Below are positions 52,663-64,000 of a stretch of DNA of 64,000 bases, piece after piece. Position 1 is the stretch's first letter. Every line of letters starts with the position of its first letter. The notes under the pieces were generated by a model. The model made no database searches, was not told the origin of the DNA, and saw nothing but the letters and a program-made list of their open reading frames with translations. A program made the position numbers and the translations under genes. Origin of the DNA: the human T2T-CHM13v2.0 reference genome, Homo sapiens; assembly GCF_009914755.1 (NCBI RefSeq), contig NC_060926.1. One strand, 5' to 3'.

Positions 52663-54415
52663 ATCAGGCTAAAAGGAATTAAGCAATGTGTTGGTAATGC
52701 AAGTACATCATAAAATAGTAGGAGCTGATGGAGGAAAGCAGTGGAGCCAGTTAAATATAGGGAGAGATAAGGGAAGAGAGGTTTTGGGAAGTGGAAGGGA
52801 AGACAGTTGCTCAGATGGAGCCAATTGTCATCCCTCATCTGGCCATTGCAGGGAGGAGTATGTGTATAATCTCTCGCTGGATTAGTCAAGATGATACTAT
52901 GCACTGGGGTAGGAGATGAGATTTATGAGTGACTGATGCTCCTGGGACTTTATGGACTTAGGCTTGGATAGCTGGGTTTCTTAGGAAACCCTCCCAATCC
53001 TGGAGACACAGGATGCTGGCAGCCTGCAACCAGCTCTGGTGAAGGGAGAGAGGTTAAGGTTCCTTCTAAACCAGACTGGCCTCAGCTTAACAGTAGGGTG
53101 TAAGGCAGAGATTCCAGGTAGACAGGTTAGGGAGTTGGATAGTGCATACTGTTGGAGCTTCCTTGATGTTAAATCTCTTGGAGACCTTAAACAAGGTGGA
53201 TGGCCACCCAGGGGACTGAAGGCAATATCTTAAGTGTTTTATATAGCTTTTTTTTTTTTTTTTTAAATCCTGCTTTCTTGAGGCAATGCTTTTAAAGCCT
53301 CAGTGGCTTGTGATGGATTTTCTTAGTCTTTTGAAAAGCTAAGTATCTAATTTTTCCAACTGGCTTGATCATCAAGTATTTTTATTTCTTAGTTAATAAA
53401 TTACATTGGTGTTTATTTTTAAAGTTATATATGCACGTGGATTGAAGAAACAAATAATTCAAGTCTTTTTATTTAAAAGAAAAAAAAGCACACTACCCTC
53501 ACTTTCCCCTAGATGACCACTACCTAGAAAGCACACTCTTATTACCTCCCACCCCTGACCTCCACTATTTCTTGCTCTTTACATGGACATACTTTTAGCT
53601 CTTTTAGGTGATTGGATATTTGCTCCAGTATTTTGAAACTACATGCTTTTCTTGCTGTTTTTAAATTTTTCTGAACTAGGTTGACCCAAAAGGTTAAAAT
53701 AACAGCCACTATAGATTTAAGTCAAAGTTAATTTTATTCTGAGCCAAGTTTGAGGACTATAGATCAGGGACACAGACTCAGAGCAAACTGGGAGCGTGTC
53801 CCTTTCTGTTGTAATTCAGTAGGTCAGAATTAGAGGAAAGAGTATGTTGGATAAAACAGACAATAGAGGACCACCCTTACATACATTCTGTGGCTGTAGT
53901 TCAAATTGATGAGCTAACATAATTTTGGCTGGAGTTTTATTCTTTTGGTAACATTTTTGCAGTATTGATAATATTTGTAATGTAGGAATATTAGAAAGAT
54001 AATCAACAATATGATGAGCAACTTAGAGGTCCACTGAAGTAAAGAAACACTTATCATAGAAAAGAATCTTGAACATAGATTTTGATAGTCTGTGACTAAT
54101 TAGATAAATTTCCTCCCTTTGTATTTGTACTTTATGATATCTTTGCATTTATAACTGTAATTAGCTGATGATTTATAATGTCTAATTGCTTGTCCATTTT
54201 CTGCTGGGAGTACAATTTGAGGAGGGTTGAGTTCCAATTTTCCAATTTTTATTATCAAAAGTATTACTTCATCGTAAAAGTAACTTTCCTGTTAACCCAG
54301 TATTGTACCAAATGGCAGTATAATTTAAATCAAATGTTGTCTGGTTGCAAGTAAGATCTAAAACAGCTACAGTCTCATTTTTCCTCCCTTTCTAATGTAA
54401 GCAACCTTTTCCTAT

Positions 54416-56702
54416 TGTGTTAGTCCATTTTCATGCTGCTGATAAAGACATACCTGAGACTGGGCAATTTACAAAAGAATGAGGTTTAATTGGACTTACA
54501 GTTCCACGTGCTGGGGAAGCCTCACAATCATGGCAGAAAGCAAGGAGGAACAAGTCTCGTTTTACGTGGATGGCAGCAGACAAAGAGAGAATGAGGAAGA
54601 CACAAAAGCAACCTTGATAAAACCATCAGATCTCGTGAGACTTGCTCACTACTATGAGAACAGCGTGGAGGAAACCACGCTCATGATTCAATTATCTCCC
54701 ACCAGGTCACTCCCACAACACATGGGAATTATGGGAGTACAATTCAAGATGAGCTTTGGGTGGGGACAGAATGCTGGCAGCCTGCAGCCAGCTCTGGAGC
54801 CTGCCAAATCTCATGTCCTTGCATTTCAAAACCAATTATGCCTTCCCAATAGTCCCCAAAGTCTTAGCTCATTTCAGCATTAACTCAAAAGTCCACAGTC
54901 CAAAGTCTCATCTGAGACAAGGCAAGTCACTTCAGCTTGTAAGCCTATAAAATCAAAAGCAAGCTAGTTATTTCCCAGATACACTGGGGGTACAGGTATT
55001 GGGTGAATACACTCATTCCAGATGGGAAAAATTGGCCAGAACACAGGGGCTACAGGTCCCACGCAAGTCTGAAATCCAGGATGGGCAGTCAAATCTTAAA
55101 GCGCCAAAATGATCTCCTTTGTCTCCATGTCTCACATCCAGGTCATGCTGATGCTAGAGGTGGGTGCCCATGGTCTTGGGCAGTTCCCTTCCTGTGGCTT
55201 TGCAGGGCACAGCCTTCCTCCTGGCTGCTTTCATGGGCTGGCATTGAGTGTCTGCAGCTTTTCCAGGTGCATGGTGCAAGCTGTCAGTGGATCTACCATT
55301 CTGGGGTCTGGAGGACAGTGGCCCTTTTCTCACAGCTCCACTAGGCAGTGCCCCAGTAGAGACTCTGTGCAGGGGCTCCAACCCCACATTTTCCATCCGC
55401 ACTGCCCTAGCAGAAGTTCTCCATGAGAGCCCCACTCCTGCAGCAAACTTCTGCCTGGGCATCCAGGTGTTTCCATACATCTTCTGAAATCTAGACAGAG
55501 GTTCCCAAACCTCAATTCTTGACTTCTGTGCTCCTGCAGGCTCAACACCACATGGAAGCTGCCAAGGCTTGGGGCTTGCACCATCTGAAGCTACAGCCCG
55601 AGCTCTACATTGGCCCCTTTCAGCCAGGGGTGGAGTGGCTAGGACGCAGGGCATCAAGTCCCTAGGCTGCACACAGCTTGGGGACCCTGGGCCTGGCCCA
55701 CAAAACCACTTTTTTCTCCTAGGCCTCCAGGTGTGTGATGGGAGGGGCTTCCATGAAGACCTCTGACATGCCCTGGTGACATTTTCCCCACTGTCTTGGG
55801 GATTAACATTTGGCTCTTCCTTACTTATTCAGATGTCTGCAGCCGGCTTGAATTTCTCCTCAGAAAATAGGATTTTCTTTTCTATCGGATTCAGGCTGCA
55901 AATTTTTCAAACTTTTATACTCTGTTTCCCTTTTAAAACTGAATGCTTTTAACAGCACCCAAGTCACCTCTCGAATGCTTTGCTGCTTAGAAATTTCTTC
56001 TGCCAGATATCTTAAATCATCTCTCTCAAGGTCAAAGTTCCACAAATCTCTGGGGCAGGGGCAAAATGCTGCCAGTCTCTTTGCTAAAACAACGAGTCAC
56101 CTTTGCTCCATTTCCCAACAAGTTTTTCATCTCCATCTGGACCTTATTTTCCATATCGCTATCAGCATTTTGGGCAAGGCCATTCAACAAGTCTCCAAAC
56201 TTAACCACATTTTTCTGTCTTCTGAGCCCTCCAAACTGTTCCAACCTCTGCCTGTTACCCAGTTCTAAAGTCACTTCCATATTTTCGGATATCTTCTCAG
56301 CAGCGCCTCACTCTGCTGGTACCAACATACTGTGTTAGTCTGTTTTCACGCAGCTGATAAAGACATACCTGAGACTGGGCAATTTACAAAAGAAAGAGGT
56401 TTAATTGGACTTGCAGTTCCACGTGGCTGGGGAAGCCTCACAATCATGGCGGAAGGCAGGGAGGAGCAAGTCCCATCTTACATGGATGGCAGCAAGCAGA
56501 GAATGAAGAAGATGCAAAAGCAGAAACCCCTGATAAAACCATCAGATCTCATGAGACTTATTCACTACCACAAGAAGAGTATGGAGGAAACTGCCCTCAT
56601 GATTCAATTGTCTCCCACCAGGTTTCTCCCACAACACATGGGAATTATGGGAGTGCAATTCAAGATGAGATTTGGGTGGGGACACAGAGCCAAACCATAT
56701 CA
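54416..56702 (-). mobile_element. Full-length THE1 (MaLR) element: LTR-internal-LTR
   Basis: THE1-type LTRs 54416-~54770 and 56331-56702 flanking ~1.55 kb of THE1-int. Confidence 0.92.
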
Positions 56703-56751
56703 CTTCTGTACCATATATTATATTGAGCAGGGTATAGAAATTAAGGGTCAT

Positions 56752-58789
56752 CTCTCTCACCGCTCCCGTTCAACATAGTACTGGAAGTTCTGGCCGGGGC
56801 CATCAGGCAAGAGAAAGAAAGGGTATTCACATAGGAAGAGAGAAAGTCAAACTGTCTCTGTTTGCAGATGACATGATTCTGTATCTAGAAAACCCCATCA
56901 TCTCAGCCCAAAAGCTCCTTAAGCTGATAAGCAACTTTAGCAAAGTCTCAGGATACAAAATCAATGTGCAAAAATCACAAGCATTCCTATACACCAACAA
57001 TAGACAAGCAGAGAGCCAAATCATGAATGAACTCTCATTCACAATTGCTACAAAGATAATAAAATACCTAGGAATACAGCTAACAAGGAAAGTGAAGGAT
57101 CTCTTCAAGGAGGACTACAAACCACTGCTTAAGGAAATGAGAGGACACAAATGGGAAAACATTCCATGCCCATGGATAGGAAGAATCAATATCATGAAAA
57201 CGGCCAAATTACTGCCCAAAGTAATTTATAAATTCAATGCTATTCCCATTAAACTACCATTGACATTCTTCACATAATTAGAAAAAACTACCCTAAAATT
57301 CATATGGAACCAAAAAAGAGCCTGTATGGCCAAGACAATCCTAAGCAAAAAGAACAAAGCTGGAGGCATCACGCTACTGGACTTCAAACTATAGTAACCA
57401 AAACAATAACTAAAACAGCATGGTACTGGTACAGCAGACACACAGACCAATGGAACAGAGTAGAGATCTCAGAAATAAGACTGCACATCTACAATCATCT
57501 GATCTTCGACAAACCTGACAAAAGCGATGGGGAAAGGAATCCCTATTTAATAAATGGTGCCAGGAGAACTGGCTAACCATATGCAAAAATTGAAACTGGA
57601 CCTTTTCCTTACAACTTATATGAAAATTAACTCAAGATGGATTAAGGAACTTAAATGTAAAACCCTAGAAAATGAAAAACACTATAAAAACCCTAGAAGA
57701 AAATACCATTCAGGACATAGGCACAGGCAATGATTTCATGACAAAAACATCAAAAACAATTGCAACAAAAACCAATATTGACAAATGGGATCTAATTAAA
57801 GAGCTTCTGCGCAGCAAAAGAAACTATCATCAGAGTGAACAGACAGTCTACAGAATGGGAGAAAATTTTTGCAATCTATCCATCTGACAAAGTTCTAATA
57901 TCTAGAATCTACAAGGAACTTAAACAAATTTATAAGAAAAAAACAAACAGTCCTGTTAAAAAATGGGCAAAGGACATGAACAGACACTTCTCAAAAGAAG
58001 ACATTTATGTGGCTAGCAAACATGAAAAAAAGCTCAACATCACTAATCATTAGAGAAATGCAAATCAAAAGTGCAATGAGATACCATCTCATGCTGGTCA
58101 GAATGGCGATTATTAAAAAGTCAAGAAACAACAGATGCTGAGGAGGCTGTGGAGACAGGAATGCTTTTACATTGTTGGTAGGAATGTAAATTAGTTCAGC
58201 CATTGTGGAAGATGGTGCGGCGATTTCTCAAAGACCTAGAGCCAGAAATATCATTTGACTCAGCAATCCCATTGCTGAGTATATACCCAAAAGAATATAA
58301 ATCATTCTATTCTAAAGATACATGCACATGTATGTTCATTGCAGCACTATTCATAATATCGAAGACATGGAATCAACCCAAATGCCACCAATGATAGACT
58401 GGATGAAGAAAATATGGTACATATGCACCATAGAATACTATGCAGCCATAAAAAGGAACGATATCATGTCCTTGGCAGGGACATGGATAGAGCTGGAAGC
58501 CATTATCCTCAGCAAACTAACACAGGAACGGAAAACCAAACATTGCATGTTCTCACTTATAAGTTGGAGCTGAACAGTGAGAACACATGGAGGCAGGGAG
58601 GGGAACAACACATACTGGGGCCTGTCTGGGGGGTGTGGGGGGAGGGAGAGCATCAGGGTAAATAGCTAATGCATGCAGGGCTTAATATCTAGGTGATGGG
58701 TTGATAGATGCAGCAAACCACCATGGCACACATTTACCTATGTAACAAACCTGCACATGTATCCTGGAATTTTAAATTAAAAAAAAAAA
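56752..58789 (+). mobile_element. 5'-truncated primate L1 (ORF2 3' half, 3' UTR, polyA)
   Basis: [14 protein letters not shown] motif and frameshifted ORF2 fragments; 16-bp TSD AGAAATTAAGGGTCAT at 56736-56751 and 58790-58805. Confidence 0.95.
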
Positions 58790-60829
58790 AGAAATTAAGG
58801 GTCATATTTATATGATTTCAGGATTCCAAACATTTTGGGGACAGCACCAACTTCCTGAATTTGTTTACGATGTAGAACTGAAATTGGACTCCAAGTATTA
58901 TTTAATATGGCCTTTCAACTCCCCATTGGGAAAAATGGGTATTACTTAAAAAAATCTCTATTCCTACTAACACTATGTTATATGTCTAGTTATTATCTAT
59001 GTGGGGTGCTAATGCTGTAAGAGTACAGTGAATTAAGCTACATATTCTTGGTAGTAATTTTCCAGGAAGAAGAGGGTTCATATGTTTGTGCATAAATGTA
59101 TACCTTGTGTTTCTGCATCCAAAATGGAGGGCACATTTTAGAGGCCACTTCAGTTTCCATTTGGATTAGCATGGTCAGTAAACCTTGTTGAGTTTGGACG
59201 CATGCAATTTTCCATCACTGGGTTTTGGCATGGCTCCTTGTTAGTTGAGTAGTTGATTTACCTTCTTAACAATAGTGTCATTATCTTTTTGTGTAGCTTC
59301 CCAACCCATACCTTCCTTCTGAAAGAATATTTCTTTTAATCTGTTTAGACTGGTAAATATTGACTTTTCTTGTGATTTTCTTTTTTTTTTGTCGTTGTTA
59401 AATACACTTTTAGCTTGTCCTAACATCTCAAGTCCTGCCTTTATTGGACCTAAGGTTCTTTTTGCTTTAGTTGGCTAGTGCTGTTTTATCCACCAAACAT
59501 GTTGTTGCCATTGAGCATTTATAATGGAAGTGCAATTTGAGTACCGGTTACAAACCCAATAATGTTGGGTGCTCCAAGTTAAGGTGAGAGGAGCAGCAGT
59601 TACCCCTAGATACAGTTTAGTTTGAGTACACTGTAAGGCTTCTCACATTCTCCCTGGTAACATTCCCAAGTATCCTCTGGTGGTACTCTTGTCCACCAAG
59701 TAGCTCTCATTATTTGATTTCCAGTTTCATTAGAATTGTGTAGACCAGTCACAAAAACAAGGTCCCTGACTCCTAGGACAAGAGATGCTATGGCAAGGCA
59801 CATAAGCTGCAGCTAAATGTCTTCCAGGAGTTTGTATAGTAAGTGTATAGTAAGTGATCATCTGTATTCACAGTAACATAGTGATCTATTTGTAAAGTGT
59901 TAAAAATTGCCAGACCAGGCATGGAATTGGGAAGAACTTCCTGGATATCTTTCCCTAAGTGGGGGCCTCTTGATAGTTTATTATGCCTGAAAAACTGGTG
60001 CCATGGGCTATCGGAACATTGGACTGATTCTAAGAAATTGATGTCAGGGTTCCAGTATCTTCTTGATATTGAAAAAATGTTTGTCCTACTTTCACATCAG
60101 TTAGATTAGCAGTTTCCCTTAAGAGGAATGGGGATCAAACACATGAGGGAGTGTTAGTAAAAATTCAGTCATCATGCAGGAAAATACAAAAACAAAAGAT
60201 ATATGCAGAAGAAATTCATTGTCAGTTCAGGCCTGGTCTGGTAATTTGGGCAATGTTGTCTATCAGGTCTTGTCTGCTTTCCATAATCAGAGGTGTCAGG
60301 AATCTCAGAAATCTTTAACTGGAGGTCTCCAGTGGACTTATAAGTTCATTTAGTTGTTGGAGCTTTCTTTAAATGAGAAATGTGAATCCAGGAGTCAGCT
60401 CCTTCAAGTTTTGCTGCACAGCAATTAGTTAACAATACCTGATAGAGTCCTTTCCAGTGAGGTTCAAGTGAGTCTTTTAGTGAGGTTCAAGTGAGTTTTT
60501 TAGTTGATGTTGTTTCCAAAAAAAAGGTCCCTTGGCTAGACATTATGGTATTTAAGATCTTCGTCTCCAAGGAGTACACCGTAAAAAGAATCTTTTATTA
60601 ATTTATTTTGGGGAAAGAAGTTTAGTTAAGCCTTGACAATAACTGAGTATAGCACCTTTCAATAAAGTTGGTTCATATAAATTGCTGTCCTGTTTCATAG
60701 GTTGACTTGTAATTGTCTCGTAAGTGGGTAATTGATGTTATCCAAGAGAAGTTGCTCTTGGGTTAAGCAAAACCAATGGAAGAGCCTTTGGCCCAGTATG
60801 AAAAGCTTTTGTTAATTTTGCCAAATGGA

Positions 60830-61130
60830 TTTTTTTTTTTTTTTTTTTTGAGACGGAGTCTCGCTCTGTCGCCCAGGCTGGAGTGCAGTGGCACGATCTT
60901 GGCTCACTGCAAGCTCCACCTCCTGGGTTCATGCCGTACTCCTGCGTCAGCCTCCTGAGTAGCTGGGACTCCAGGTACCCGCCACCATGCCTGGCTAATT
61001 TTTTGTATATTTAGTAGAGACGGGGTTTCACCCTGTTGGCCAGGATGGTCTCCATCTCTTGACCTTGTGATCCACCCGCCTGGGCCTCCCAAAGTGCTGG
61101 GGTTACAGGCGTGAGCCACCGCGCCCGGCC
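60830..61130 (-). mobile_element. Alu (Y-like)
   Basis: gcaagctcc and caggatggtctc diagnostic-type positions. Confidence 0.9.
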
Positions 61131-62097
61131 AGCCAGCTGGATCTTTACTATTCCGTTTATTTGTTCCACCGATCCAGAAGACTAAGGATGGTATACACAA
61201 TGAAAATGTTGGAAAATGGGCCAGATTTTACAAATTGAGTGGACTGTCTTTCTAGTAAAATGAGTTCTTCTATCGCTATGTAATTTGGAAGGAGTTCCCC
61301 AAGAGGGAATTATTTGCTTCGACGATATTTTCCTCCTGCGTGTGCTATGACTCTTCTGCAAGGAAATGTTTCAACTCAGTGAGAGAACATTCAAATCATA
61401 ACCAGTATCTATTTATAATCCTGGGCTGGAGGTAATTGGATAAAATCCACTTGCCAGATATCAGAAGGTCTGGTGGGCAAAGGAAAATGCCCTTGATATC
61501 CATGAAGAGGCTGTCCTGGATTATGTTTAGGACAAACTGCACATTTAGCATAAGTCTTATGAGCCAATTGTGGGTGACTGTTTCCAGTAATATTGTTTTT
61601 CTTAGGCAGTCATTTTCTGAGGTCCCTAGTGAGTGAGCTGATAGAAATGTTGTAATACAGGAAATTGAAATAAATTCCAAAGGCAAAACAAGTCTGTTGT
61701 TGAGTCCATACTATAATTTGCAAGTGGGGGAAAGGTGTGTCTCCTTTGTTAGCCATATCTGCTTTTTCTTCTCTGAACCCTTTTCTTGAGCCACTTGGAG
61801 TTGTTTTTCAATGGAACTCATTTAAAAAAAATATAGCCACCTGTATAGTTTCATCTGCTATTAGTGTTAGAGCAGCCTTTGGCTGCTGCGTCAACAAAAT
61901 ACTTTTTCTCTGAAGGGCTGAGTTTGGAGTGTCCAGGAATCTTAATAATAGCCCCCCTTTTTTTTCTGGAAATTCCTTAGTAGGGGCTCTAAGTTCTGCC
62001 TCGTCCTGGGGGACTAAACTACTGAAGGTTCTCCCTTTGGGTCAGGATTTTCTCTAAAAGGTGCTATCAAAACTTCTGTGGGTAGAGGAGGGAGTAA

Positions 62098-62430
<333 letters not shown>

Positions 62431-64000
62431 TGAAAGGAAAGAATAAGAGGGTTCTGAAGGAGCAGTTGGAGGGGAGGAGGTGAGACAGTGGAAACATGAG
62501 ACGATTTTTTCAGTGGAGAAAGTTTCCAGGATCTTTTGGTTCACCTCCTGTATGGAAGCAATTTTATCATTACTTCTTTTAGAAGCTTTTAAAAACCATT
62601 GTAGTAACTATCCCATTCTTTGTGTTTAATTTTTAAGCCACTCCTCCCAGTTGTGCACGTAAATAATTCAATTTTGGGGTCTTGAATGAGCCCCATTTTG
62701 GCCAAGTTAAGCTAATTTAATTTTTAGTGATGTTGGTTCAATGAGTCAAAAAATTTATAAGATGAGGTGCTATAATTTTTAGTCACAAGCCTAGCTGGTG
62801 TCTTGGAAGATGGTAACTCTCCTTCAATAGCTTCAACTTCAGATGTCTTGTTTTAAATGTCTCTCCTCCCTTCTCCCTTGTCTGCACCAGATTAAGAATG
62901 TGTTCAGGGTCAAAAATGTGTTGCTTATGAGCTTCACTCCTCGAGCTCTTACCCCTGAGGTGGTCTGCTCACCCCTGAGCTGGTCTGCTCTCTTAGGTGT
63001 TTCAGGAGAAACTCGCCTGCTGAAGCAGTGAGGTGCCCTGAACGCTAGGCGACCAGCCTATTATGAGAGTTCCCTGGAGGAGCTATTACAACTTAAGTGT
63101 TTTCCTGTTGATGGTGAAGCTCTTTGGAACCACTACATGTCATGAGGAATCTCCTCTGACCCTTCCGCAAGATTCTTTGTCACTTAAAAATACCTGAGGT
63201 CCGGGCTGGTGGGCGCAAGCATCCTTTATATTTGGAGCAATTTTTATCTCTGTTGCTCTTATATAGAATGTAAAGGATTGGTGCAGACAAAGGAGTTTTG
63301 AAAAGAAAAACACTCAGCTAGTCAAAGAAACCACCGCAAGGTGGTCAAGCTATAGCTTGGTTTTATACGTTTTAGGGAAACATAAGACATCTGTCAGTAC
63401 ATGTAACATGTACTTTGGATCAGTCTAGAAAGGTGGGACAACTTGAAGCTCCAGGGCAGAGTTGGGACTTCCAGGTCATAGCTGCATTCAAAGATTTTCT
63501 GACTGGCAATTGGTTGAAATAATTATTATCTACAGACCTGGAATCAATAGAAGGGAATGTTTGGGTGAAGATAAGGGGTTATGGAGACCAAGGTTCTTAT
63601 TTATGCAGATGAAGCTTTTAGGTAGCAGGTGTCAGAATAGATTGTAAATGTTTCTTATCAGACTTAAAAAGTGCCAGAGTCTTAATTAATTCTCCCCTGG
63701 GTCAAGGAAAAGACCTGGAAAGGGAAGGGGATTCTTTACAGAATGTAGATTTTTTTCCCTACAAGAGACAGCTTTACTGGGCTATTTCAAAATATGTCAA
63801 AGAAATACATTTTAGGGTAAAATACAGTTTCTTTCAGGACCTGCTGTCATGTGATTCTATACTAGGATCAGGTTGGAATTTGGTGTCTTATTGCTACAAA
63901 TAGTTTGTTTTGTTCATCTTAAGATCTGTTTTAGCTGGGAGTGGTGGCTCATGCCAGTAATCTTAACACTTTGGGAGGCTGAGGTGTGAGGATTGCTTGA

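Noticed and set aside
54479-56778. Cluster of ORFs up to 172 aa
   Set aside because: THE1 LTR/internal sequence
56873-58573. RT-like ORFs
   Set aside because: Frameshifted pieces of a 5'-truncated L1 ORF2; not functional

Overview
Repeat-dense primate (human-like) genomic DNA. The right third holds the CpG-island promoter and coding exons 1-3 of RPIA (ribose-5-phosphate isomerase A, + strand). From memory, human RPIA lies at 2p11.2 with EIF2AK3 upstream on the opposite strand; I could not check this here. RPIA intron 3 is filled by an antisense class-I ERV remnant with nested THE1, L1 and Alu insertions. Upstream lie about 30 Alus, several solo LTRs, a two-LTR MER50-like provirus and a truncated U6 retrocopy. 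The main unexplained signal is a chain of minus-strand exon-like segments in the non-repeat DNA at about 11.4-31.8 kb. Six of them, joined at GT-AG sites with matching phases, splice into 227 stop-free codons; flanking segments carry stops and TE insertions. This suggests a decayed multi-exon protein-coding gene (candidate unitary pseudogene) head-to-head with RPIA, whose family I cannot identify by eye. Repeat subfamily names and most repeat boundaries are by-eye approximations.
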